Counted from the stretch's first letter, positions 1 through 7,463 are shown. The stretch is DNA of 64,000 bases from an uncultured Gemmatimonadales bacterium (GCA_963741945.1 CAVUKA010000001.1:352001-416000), one strand, 5' to 3'. Notes: generated by a model from the sequence alone, not told the origin. Made by a program: numbers and translations.

Positions 1-171
1 CACCGGTTCCTGGTGATCTTCGAGGCTCTCCAGATACCCTGCGATCGCCTCTCGGATGTTCTCGAGCGCCTCCTGCCGAGTCTCACCCTGGCTCACACAC
101 CCGGGGAGCGCCGGCACCTCCGCCACGAAGAACCCGTCCTCGTCCTCCTCGATTAGCACCCGATACTTCAT
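1..171 (-). CDS. hicB: HicB-family antitoxin (partial, 3' end outside window); cassette 7
   Basis: Manual translation MKYRVLIEEDEDGFFVAEVPALPGCVSQGETRQEALENIREAIAGYLESLEDHQEPV has the HicB-like LPGC-SQG-T--EA--N--EAI pattern; GGAGG RBS upstream. Not in the ORF track. Confidence 0.85.
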   Translation of the reverse strand, partial: MKYRVLIEEDEDGFFVAEVPALPGCVSQGETRQEALENIREAIAGYLESLEDHQEPV

Positions 172-231
172 CGAAGTCCTCCCGTTGGCAGCCGCCCCAA
201 TCTAATGCATGAGGCGAACCCACGTGATGGC

Positions 232-388
232 ACTTAACGTTCAAGAGCTGCGACGCCGGCGCGTCCTCACGGGCCTGCGCGGCTAATCTCTTCGATCCTT
301 CCGGTACCGCTCCCAAGGGCCACACGCTTGCGCCGGTGTTCCCCGGAGCCGCGCGCAGCGCGGCGTAGGCGCAACTTGTTTGTTAACT
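232..388 (-). repeat. attC site of cassette 6 (157 bp)
   Basis: + strand acttaac...gttaact; arms acgccggcgc/gcgccggtgt; side hairpin gccgcgc-gca-gcgcggc. Confidence 0.85.
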
Positions 389-458
389 GAAGTGCCGTGC
401 ACCGATGGTTGATCCATCCATCCTCTCCCAGGCGGGTCAGCAGCTGCGAGGGGATGTC

Positions 459-1283
459 TCAGCGTCGGTACAGGCCGCCCACCAACCTGTACCCGAACTG
501 CAGGGTCGACGGTGCTATTGGCACCGTAGTAGCAAGGGGATGGGTCCCTTCAATCACCCAGGCCGTATCAGGCGCGCATGCCCGTTCGCGGTGCCCGGCG
601 AAAGCGATGCGTACAACTCCATTGAAGGGAGACGTCTGCGGAGGAACAAGGACTTGGGTCCCGGCAGAGCTTGATCCCCCTGATGTCGGGCCCTGCGGGG
701 AGCAACTGATTCGCAGAGCGAGTCCCTCGAGGGTAACCGACGCTCGCCGCTCGCCCGACGGTGTCGTCGTGAGTCTTACGTCACCGTAGCTCGCATAGTG
801 TCCCAGTTCCCTCATGTACGCCACGTAGGCCGAATCCGGAACCCAGAACTCCAGCTCAAGAAACGGGACGCCCAGGTCAAGATCAGTGTCCCCGACCGGG
901 GCGATCCGGGCGAACCACAATCCCACGGCCCCTCCGTCGGGCCAATGTGGGCTTCTTCCGTTCAGCGCAAACTCACCCGCCTGGAGGATCTCAAGAAACG
1001 AGACGCCCCATTCACGCTGTGTCGGGTGGGCCTCTAGGTAGTCTTCCGCCCAAGACATCCCCGCGGAGGACAGGTCACCGAGAGAGACAAACCGAACACC
1101 GGGAGGGAGACGGTCGGACACGCGTTCCGGGTCAAAAGCACGCCAACTGACGATCTCCTCAGGGTCGCTGACGACCCACCTGGTGCCGGCTCCCTCCGGC
1201 AGCGCAGGGATCTGGCCGGCAACGAGACTGGGCTGGAGCCCAGCGAGACCAAGCAAGGCAAGCTCAATCCATGGGTGTTTCAT
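459..1283 (-). CDS. Hypothetical exported protein (274 aa); cassette 6
   Basis: ORF fills the cassette; hydrophobic signal-like N-terminus; no family confidently recognised. Confidence 0.75.
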   Translation of the reverse strand: MKHPWIELALLGLAGLQPSLVAGQIPALPEGAGTRWVVSDPEEIVSWRAFDPERVSDRLPPGVRFVSLGDLSSAGMSWAEDYLEAHPTQREWGVSFLEILQAGEFALNGRSPHWPDGGAVGLWFARIAPVGDTDLDLGVPFLELEFWVPDSAYVAYMRELGHYASYGDVRLTTTPSGERRASVTLEGLALRISCSPQGPTSGGSSSAGTQVLVPPQTSPFNGVVRIAFAGHRERACAPDTAWVIEGTHPLATTVPIAPSTLQFGYRLVGGLYRR

Positions 1284-1394
1284 CGCTCGGGCCTCTCGGG
1301 GGGCATCAGCGCGGAGTCGGTGTGCAACCTACCAAGAAGTCGCTCCTTCTGATCTGGTCCAAGTGTCCGACTCAGTCGTTCCCGAAGGCATTTC

Positions 1395-1545
1395 AGATAA
1401 CGTCTCCAGGTTGGCGACCCGCCGCGCCGATACCTCTAGCACGCGATCACCTTCGAAACAGCGGCAGCCTCACCAGCTTCAACACGGTCGCGGCGGGTTC
1501 TCCGGAGCGGCCGCAGGCCGCGCAGGCGCCAACCGTTTGTTAACC
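1395..1545 (-). repeat. attC site of cassette 5 (151 bp)
   Basis: agataac...gttaacc; gttggcg/cgccaac L boxes; acccgccgcg/cgcggcgggt stem; side hairpin gcggcc-gca-ggccgc. Confidence 0.92.
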
Positions 1546-1574
1546 GCCGTGTTCTGCCCACAGCCTGGCGGAGG

Positions 1575-1871
1575 TCACCTCCGGGCCTGCCAACGCTTCG
1601 GATCGCGGCGGGAATGGAAAACGGAGAGTACCACGATCTCTTCCGCGCTCACTCTGAAGAGAATGGCATATGGGAATCGCCGAACAACGGCCCTCCGGAC
1701 ATCCCGATACAGAATGGGAAATCGGAGAGGATTCCGCTCGATCGCTGAGAAAGCCGCATCGATGACGCGGACGAATTCCGCTCCCAAGCCCAAGGAACGC
1801 TCCGAATACCACGCTGCGGCTTCCTCGAGTTCGGCGTCGGCCGCAGGGCGAACAACGAAGCGGCGGCTCAC
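1575..1871 (-). CDS. RelE/ParE-family toxin; cassette 5
   Basis: A--EL-EA--WY...LG-EF...RRFPYAILFRV....V-SVFH-RRDP pattern; overlaps the antitoxin stop. Confidence 0.88.
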   Translation of the reverse strand: MSRRFVVRPAADAELEEAAAWYSERSLGLGAEFVRVIDAAFSAIERNPLRFPILYRDVRRAVVRRFPYAILFRVSAEEIVVLSVFHSRRDPKRWQARR

Positions 1872-2092
1872 CCGTACTTCTTGTACAACCGCTCCCGGAC
1901 TTCCTCCCAGGGAATAGCAGAATCCGGGTCCGCTTCATGTTCTGCCAGCCTACGGTCCAGTTCCGCCTTCTGGGCCTCAGTTAATGGATAGGCGTCCGCG
2001 TCCGTAGCGATGCTGTCCCACAGGTCCTCCACCAACTGAATCCGCTCAGCGACCGACAGCTTGAGCAGTTCCTCGATTGGTACACTCGACAT
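1868..2092 (-). CDS. Addiction-module antitoxin (TIGR02574-like); cassette 5
   Basis: LSVAERIQLVEDLWDSI...ELDRRL...IPWEEV pattern; ATG at 2092 with purine-rich RBS. Confidence 0.88.
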   Translation of the reverse strand: MSSVPIEELLKLSVAERIQLVEDLWDSIATDADAYPLTEAQKAELDRRLAEHEADPDSAIPWEEVRERLYKKYG

Positions 2093-2158
2093 CCGCAAGC
2101 TCCTTCCCTGAAGTCCCTTGCTCCTAATCTGCTACAGAAACGCCGAGTGGAACATGGG

Positions 2159-2308
2159 GGTTAACGGACGAAGGCTGCTGATCCGGCCTCCTTCACCTGA
2201 CCAGCTCAGCAACTATCGAAACCATGAACTCCTCACCAGCGGCCGCCCTTCTCCGCCGGATACTCCGGAGCGACCGAAGGGAGCGAAGGCAGCAGCCGGT
2301 TGTTAACT
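2159..2308 (-). repeat. attC site of cassette 4 (150 bp)
   Basis: ggttaac...gttaact; ggctgctg/cagcagcc and atccggc/gccggat stems; the cassette gene's TAA stop lies within R''. Confidence 0.9.
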
Positions 2309-3349
2309 GATGTCCCCCAGCAGTGAGGGTGGTACATCCGCTCCAAAGAAATCAGCCACGTCGTAATTCCACACGAAGAACGTCCCTCCCAAGGGGGCCA
2401 CCGGACCAACCTCAATCTCACCGTCGATACGGAAAACCTTTACGCGGGTCCCTAGCTTGCCGGTCTGTCGCAGATGTAGCTGGCCTCTCCTGGCGCGCTC
2501 CTCGGTGGTGAAGAAGCGGCAGGCTCCATCGAGATGAATCACAGCATCTCGGGCTTTTGAGAAGATGGCATGGAAGTAGCGACTGGGCACGCACCATTCA
2601 TGGTCCGGCTCGGGCACCTCTTCAACGGCCAAATGCACTTCTCCCCGCCGCGGACTCCAGTGGTAATCGGTGAATTCGCCGTGACTCAAGGATGAAGGAT
2701 GCCACCGGCCGAAAGCTTCTTTGTCGATCGTCCTCACATCATCCCACTTCAACGGCGGGCCATACCACAACATGCGGTAGGACATTCGCGGAAACGTGTC
2801 CGAGGGCCCATGCAGGAGAGGGTCAAGTCGAACTCGAGCAACCCGCCCAACCTCCTCTGCACCAAGCGCCCGTGTAAGCCAGTATGAAGAATTGACCCCT
2901 GGTGTGGGTGGAAGGACCGTGAATGCGTGCCCCCCTCGCACCAGCACACCGTCTTCAATATCGAACGCTGCAAGCGGCACGAGATTGTCCTCGCACAACT
3001 CCAAATCCTCAACGGCAGGCATACCGTACGGAGGCGGACGCCCGTCCCCGTTCTCTGCAGTCAACAAACCTGCGCGCTTGTCGCAGATCCGCCGGTTCAA
3101 CTCACGGATGACGACCCACTCTCGCGCAAACCACTCTCGCTTCTCATGAGGTAGATCGCCGTGGAGGCCCTCAAAGTGGCGATCCGCCTGCGCCTCTCTG
3201 ATTTCCTCCTCAGAAACACTGCCGAAAGCCAGCCGCATCTCGGAATTCAGCGGGTGGTCCCTGTCGACCTCGATCCGGCCTACTTCGAACAGCGGTCCTA
3301 TCGGGCTGGCGCCGAAATACTCCTCCAAAGCGGTCGGAATCGAAACCAT
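2303..3349 (-). CDS. Hypothetical protein (348 aa); cassette 4
   Basis: Long ORF filling the cassette; start moved to ATG 3349 because the upstream extension lies inside the next attC. Confidence 0.8.
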   Translation of the reverse strand: MVSIPTALEEYFGASPIGPLFEVGRIEVDRDHPLNSEMRLAFGSVSEEEIREAQADRHFEGLHGDLPHEKREWFAREWVVIRELNRRICDKRAGLLTAENGDGRPPPYGMPAVEDLELCEDNLVPLAAFDIEDGVLVRGGHAFTVLPPTPGVNSSYWLTRALGAEEVGRVARVRLDPLLHGPSDTFPRMSYRMLWYGPPLKWDDVRTIDKEAFGRWHPSSLSHGEFTDYHWSPRRGEVHLAVEEVPEPDHEWCVPSRYFHAIFSKARDAVIHLDGACRFFTTEERARRGQLHLRQTGKLGTRVKVFRIDGEIEVGPVAPLGGTFFVWNYDVADFFGADVPPSLLGDIS

Positions 3350-3379
3350 TTCAGCGGTCACGACGGTCTTGGGGATATC

Positions 3380-3530
3380 AGTTAACGTTTCCAGGTTGGC
3401 GACCCGCCGCGCCACACCCTCCAGCGCGCAGCCGCCTTCGACATCTCACGAACCTCACCAGCGTCAACCCGGCCGCGGCGGGTTCTCCGGAGCTCGCGAA
3501 GCGAGCGCAGGCGCCAACCGTCTGTTATCT
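3380..3530 (-). repeat. attC site of cassette 3 (151 bp)
   Basis: agttaac...gttatct; same family as 1395-1545; side hairpin gctcgc-gaa-gcgagc. Confidence 0.92.
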
Positions 3531-3572
3531 GACGTGAGCCGCACCTGTCCAGCCGCGAACGCGGCAGAAGAA

Positions 3573-3842
3573 TCAGGCCGCCTTGACGGGCGCCAGCTCT
3601 TCTGGGTCGGGCCTGCCCAATCCAAGCTTGTCGAACACGGCCATGATCTCATCGACCGACACGTAGCCTGGCGAGACAATCTCGATGCCGAGGGGCGCCC
3701 CGTCCTCTGCGTAGTCAATCAGGAGTTCGGGGGTGACTTCCTCGGTCCGCGCGCTCTTCTGCCCTGGCTTACGATCCAGGTAAACGTAGGCCGCGAACGG
3801 CTTTCCCTTCCGGTAGGTAACCTCTAGCGAGAGTCCGTTCAT
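3573..3842 (-). CDS. DUF2283-like protein, putative antitoxin; cassette 3
   Basis: AAYVYL...LLIDY..DG.PLGIEI pattern; ATGA overlap with the upstream gene. Confidence 0.75.
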   Translation of the reverse strand: MNGLSLEVTYRKGKPFAAYVYLDRKPGQKSARTEEVTPELLIDYAEDGAPLGIEIVSPGYVSVDEIMAVFDKLGLGRPDPEELAPVKAA

Positions 3843-4099
3843 ACGTCATCGCTCCTGGGGTATGCCGTCACCACCATGACGATCCGATTCTCATCGTCTG
3901 GCTCCACAACCACGATCCAAGACGTTCCTGCATGGCGCGTACGAACGAGCCAGCGGCCCGGCCGCTTCGAAGGGAGAAGCGCCATCCCGCCTTCCAGCAT
4001 GGCGCGGATTTCGACTTCCGAAAAGCCTCTCTCCTCCATCCTCAATTCGACGTGGGCCGTGAACGCCAGCGGCCAATCCCACCAGTCCGGACGTTCCAT
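3839..4099 (-). CDS. DUF4258-like protein, putative RelE-fold toxin; cassette 3
   Basis: FTAH...RM.ERG....I and terminal VVTAYP pattern; GGAGG RBS. Confidence 0.75.
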   Translation of the reverse strand: MERPDWWDWPLAFTAHVELRMEERGFSEVEIRAMLEGGMALLPSKRPGRWLVRTRHAGTSWIVVVEPDDENRIVMVVTAYPRSDDV

Positions 4100-4154
4100 C
4101 CTCTTCCTCCGCAGAGGGCCTCTCGCAAGCTAATGCTGCCGGGCGGCTCATGTC

Positions 4155-4306
4155 AGATAACGTTTCCAGGTTGGCGACCCGCCGCGCCACGACCTTTAGC
4201 GCGCGACCGCCTTCGAAACGACGATTCCCTCACCCAACTTCCAGACGGTCGCGGCGGGTTCTCCGGAGCGGCCGCAGGCCGCGGAGGCGCCAACCGTTTG
4301 TTATGC
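4155..4306 (-). repeat. attC site of cassette 2 (152 bp)
   Basis: agataac...gttatgc; arms nearly identical to 1395-1545 and 3380-3530. Confidence 0.92.
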
Positions 4307-4425
4307 GCAGTGGCTTTTCCGCCTCCGTAGGACGGCAAATTCCCGCAGTTAGCCGCCTCCTGAGGTTGTGGAGTTGCCCCGAATCGGTGGACACCTCATG
4401 AGTGAGGGAGAGAGGAGGGTCCACG

Positions 4426-4734
4426 ATGGGACGCAATTCGTATCCGCCGGAGTTCCGGCGGCAGATGATCGAGCTGGTTCGGGCGGGACGCACGCCGGAG
4501 GAGCTGTCCCGGGAGTTTGAGCCATCCGCGGGCGCCATTCGCAACTGGGTCCGGCAGGCGGATCTGGACGAGGGCCGGCGGGAAGACGGGCTCACGACGG
4601 AGGAGCGCCAGGAGCTGCGCCGACTCCGCCGGGAAGTGAAGCAGCTGAAGACCGAGCGGGAGATTCTGGCAAAAGCCGCCGCCTGGTTCGCGGGGGAGAC
4701 GAAGCACGACCCGAAGAAGCGTTCGGGTTCGTGA
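4426..4734 (+). CDS. IS3-family transposase OrfA (HTH)
   Basis: YPPEFR..MIELV...IRNWVRQ...EREILAKAAAWFA; GGAGG RBS; AAAAG slippery motif at 4671-4675. Confidence 0.92.
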   Translation: MGRNSYPPEFRRQMIELVRAGRTPEELSREFEPSAGAIRNWVRQADLDEGRREDGLTTEERQELRRLRREVKQLKTEREILAKAAAWFAGETKHDPKKRSGS

Positions 4735-5582
4735 AGGCGAATCAGGCGGAGTACCCGGTGACCGTGATGTGTGAGGTGCTGGGTGTCTCCCGAAGTGGGT
4801 ACTACGCATGGCTCGAGCGACCACCGTCGAAGCGAGCCATCGCGAACGAGGAGCTGACGGAGCGGATCCGGACGATCCACAAGAACAGCCGAGAGACGTA
4901 CGGCTCGCCCCGGATCCTGGCGGAGCTGAGAGACGAGGGGGAGCGGGTGGGCAAGAACCGGGTCGCTCGCCTCATGAGCGCGGCCGGCATCGAAGGCGTG
5001 AGCCGGAGGCGCCGCCGCGGCACCACGAAGAAGGACCGGGATGCTCGACCGGCGCCGGACCTGGTGGAGCGGGATTTCGCGGCTCCTACGGGGCCGGATC
5101 AACTGTGGGTGGCCGACATCACCTACATCCCCACGTGGGCGGGCTTCCTCTATCTCGCGGTCGTGGTGGACGCCTGGAGCCGCCGCGTGGTGGGCTGGGC
5201 CATGGCGAACCACCTCCGCACCGAGCTCGTGCTGGATGCCCTCAACATGGCGCTCTGGCAGCGTAAGCCGGAGGCTGTGGTCCATCACTCGGACCAGGGC
5301 ACGCAGTACACGTCCATTGCGTTCGGCCTGCGGTGCAAGGAAGCGGGAGTCCGGCCGTCCATGGGCTCCCGAGGAGATTGCTACGACAACGCAATGTGTG
5401 AGAGCTTCTTTGCCACCCTTGAGTGCGAGCTGCTGGACCGGCGGCGCTTTCGCACCCAGGCCGAGGCGAAGATGGCCGTCTTCGACTTCATCGAAGGCTT
5501 CTACAATCCGTGTCGCCGCCACTCGTCGCTGGGCCAGATGAGCCCGGTCAATTTCGAGAAAGAGCAAGCAACGGCGGCGTGA
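4731..5582 (+). CDS. IS3-family transposase OrfB (DDE/rve)
   Basis: WVADITY, HHSDQGTQY, DNAMCESFF motifs; -1 frame relative to orfA, GTGA overlap. Confidence 0.95.
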   Translation: MKANQAEYPVTVMCEVLGVSRSGYYAWLERPPSKRAIANEELTERIRTIHKNSRETYGSPRILAELRDEGERVGKNRVARLMSAAGIEGVSRRRRRGTTKKDRDARPAPDLVERDFAAPTGPDQLWVADITYIPTWAGFLYLAVVVDAWSRRVVGWAMANHLRTELVLDALNMALWQRKPEAVVHHSDQGTQYTSIAFGLRCKEAGVRPSMGSRGDCYDNAMCESFFATLECELLDRRRFRTQAEAKMAVFDFIEGFYNPCRRHSSLGQMSPVNFEKEQATAA

Positions 5583-5624
5583 AAACCTCAATGTTCACCT
5601 GTCCACTGAACCGGGGGAACTCCA

Positions 5625-5906
5625 GTCGTGCGGATTCCGGTTCGTTAACAGGATGGCAGGGAGGAGTTCCTCGGCATCTTCACCGTTGATCTGATGCCAT
5701 GAGAGGACCTCGTCCTCGAAATGCGCCCCAACAACTCCTCTGAGGATGACGGCTCCGGACCGGGATGCGGCATCAGCCATCCGGTCGAAATTCTGATAGA
5801 GGACGTCGAGGACAGGTTCCTTCCAGCCGTAATCCAGGAGGTACATGTAGCAGCGGCGCTCAACTCCCTCCGGGAGCTCCGCAAGCGAATGGATCATCAA
5901 ACCCAT
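5625..5906 (-). pseudogene. Cassette 2 hypothetical gene truncated by IS3 after codon 94
   Basis: Reading frame runs straight into the IS right end; the last 9 aa of the track ORF are IS-derived. Confidence 0.8.
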
Positions 5907-5960
5907 TGAGCCCTCACAGCTTCTTTACCTCGAGGCGACAAGAGCGCGTGTGCATGTGGC

Positions 5961-6114
5961 GTATAACGGATAAAGGCTCCTGATCCGGCCTCCAAAACCT
6001 CGACCGGCTCAGCAACTTTCGAAACTACTTGCATCTCACCACCGGCCAGGCGTACGCGGCCGGATACTCCTGCAGCGAGCGTCAGCGAGCGAAGGCAGGA
6101 GCCGGTTGTTAAAC
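5961..6114 (-). repeat. attC site of cassette 1 (154 bp)
   Basis: gtataac...gttaaac; ggctcctg/caggagcc and atccggcc/ggccggat stems; same subfamily as 2159-2308. Confidence 0.9.
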
Positions 6115-6153
6115 GGCGTTGGCCGCCCGTCCGAAGGCGTTCCCTTCCGCCCA

Positions 6154-6666
6154 TCAGAAGCGTCTGGAAATGCCAACGGCGAACCTCGCTACGGTACCTG
6201 CGAAGGGATCGACCGCCCACACGCGTAGCTCCCCCAGGATTCCCCAGGCTTGCGATACCTGCAAACGGAGACCGCCTGCGCCCGACAACGTCCAGGTCCA
6301 ATCCTGTCCATCCGCAAAAGCCACCCGCGCACCACCAATGCCCCCGCCTACGTACGGACCAAAACGCCCCTCAAACGGCGTGAACTGCAACTGGACCTCT
6401 GGCATCAGATACCAGCGGTCCCGGGAAAACTGACTTCGATAATCGAAATAGGTCAGACCCGGTTCGATCGCGATCCACCGAATCGGATTGATCCGTATCC
6501 GGGCCGAGTAGACTTGGGTCCACCCAACGCCACTGAGGTCGTAGTTGGCCGGCCCGCCCGCCAGTGACACCTCGGTTCGCGGATACGCTTGCGCGGTGGT
6601 GACGGAGGGAAGCGCCAGCAACATGGCAAACGCCACCGTCATGACCTTCGTCGATACCCTTGCCAT
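6154..6666 (-). CDS. Outer-membrane beta-barrel protein (OmpA/OmpW-like transmembrane domain, 170 aa); cassette 1
   Basis: Signal peptide, amphipathic beta strands, PYVGGGIG motif, C-terminal Phe; GGAGG before ATG 6666. Confidence 0.75.
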   Translation of the reverse strand: MARVSTKVMTVAFAMLLALPSVTTAQAYPRTEVSLAGGPANYDLSGVGWTQVYSARIRINPIRWIAIEPGLTYFDYRSQFSRDRWYLMPEVQLQFTPFEGRFGPYVGGGIGGARVAFADGQDWTWTLSGAGGLRLQVSQAWGILGELRVWAVDPFAGTVARFAVGISRRF

Positions 6667-6694
6667 CGAGACCTCCCTATCAAAGGCCAATGCC

Positions 6695-6714
6695 GTTTAA
6701 CGTTTGCGTTCCCG
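6695..6714 (-). other. attI-like recombination site (R box GTTAAAC, candidate L box CGGGAAC)
   Basis: Minus strand CGGGAAC-gcaaac-GTTAAACGGC; the 10 nt match R'' of the first attC (6108-6117); no attC hairpin upstream. Confidence 0.7.
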
Positions 6715-7208
6715 AACTCGGTTCGCGTTCGCACGCCCTTTGCCTCGGCCGCGGCATCCTTCTCCGAATGCGGCTCGGGTAAGCTGCGATTCTCGCCAAT
6801 TTCCCGTACGCCATTCGCGAATCAGCCGTGCGGCGTCGATGGAGCGAACCGGGGTTCGGAAAAAAGCTTCTGGCTGCGAGAGCCAGGGCCTGGCGGCCAC
6901 GGCGCGAGGCCGCGGCGGCCTGGCGGGGCGCGGCCGGTGTCGCGTGGCCGGGCCCGGGACGCGAACGGCGGGTCGAACGGGGGTTCGGGAGGCTGCGAGC
7001 CGTCGGGTCCGAAGGCCAAGATGCCCCGGAGTCCGGGAGCCGGCAAGGAACGCGTGCCGGCGCGGGCGGTCAGTTGCGGGTGTGGATGGCCATGTCGACG
7101 GTCGTGGCGTGGGTCGGGGCGTCATTCGGGGCGAGGCGGATCCAGGGGCGAAATCCCCCCCCAGCCGGCGTGAGGGGATCCGGCCCGCGGCCCCCTTCCT
7201 TCCCGGCT

Positions 7209-7388
7209 TCAATCCGCCGACTTGTCCCTTCCCCGCCGGCTCCGGGCCACCCGCATCGTCGCCCAGACCAGCATCAGCACCAGCCACGGCAACGCGAGCC
7301 ACCAGTGTCCCGAAAGGCTGTCCCGCCAGTCGGCTAGCGGAGGCAGCTGGAAGAGGACGCCCACGAGCGCTCCCATCACAGCCGCCAT
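7209..7388 (-). CDS. Small membrane protein (59 aa), not in the ORF track
   Basis: MAAVMGALVGVLFQLPPLADWRDSLSGHWWLALPWLVLMLVWATMRVARSRRGRDKSAD; GGAGG 8 nt upstream; 51/59 codons end in G/C. Confidence 0.6.
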   Translation of the reverse strand: MAAVMGALVGVLFQLPPLADWRDSLSGHWWLALPWLVLMLVWATMRVARSRRGRDKSAD

Positions 7389-7463
7389 GACCAGGACCTC
7401 CCAGAGGGAGGGCGGGCGCCTCGGGCCCGGGTCCGGCCGACGACAACGGTGGCGCGACGGTCG

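Larger units (their letters stand above)
4369..5624 (+). mobile_element. IS3-family insertion sequence (1256 bp)
   Basis: TG...CA ends; 25-bp terminal IRs tggagttgccccgaatcggtggaca and (reverse complement) tggagttcccccggttcagtggaca, 21/25 identical; orfA/orfB layout. Confidence 0.95.
1..6701 (-). mobile_element. Integron-type gene cassette array (at least 7 cassettes, 6 attC sites, attI-like head), no adjacent integrase; continues beyond the left edge
   Basis: Co-oriented minus-strand genes are separated by ~150 bp imperfect inverted repeats bounded by ...AAC / GTT... boxes. The first 7-10 nt of each cassette match the R'' box of its own attC. Confidence 0.93.

Noticed and set aside
3350-4200. 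Track ORFs beginning MARRVANLETL (3415 and 4190 starts) and the other small ORFs over attC sites
   Set aside because: The identical peptide is simply the translated attC repeat.
232-6114. Repeats read as CRISPR or REP elements
   Set aside because: They are ~150 bp, separated by whole genes and bounded by AAC/GTT boxes; no cas genes are present. They fit attC.
6702-7208. Possible integrase remnant, or the ORFs 6697-7446, 6704-7390 and 6828-7337
   Set aside because: Arg/Pro/Gly-rich low-information translations without tyrosine-recombinase motifs.
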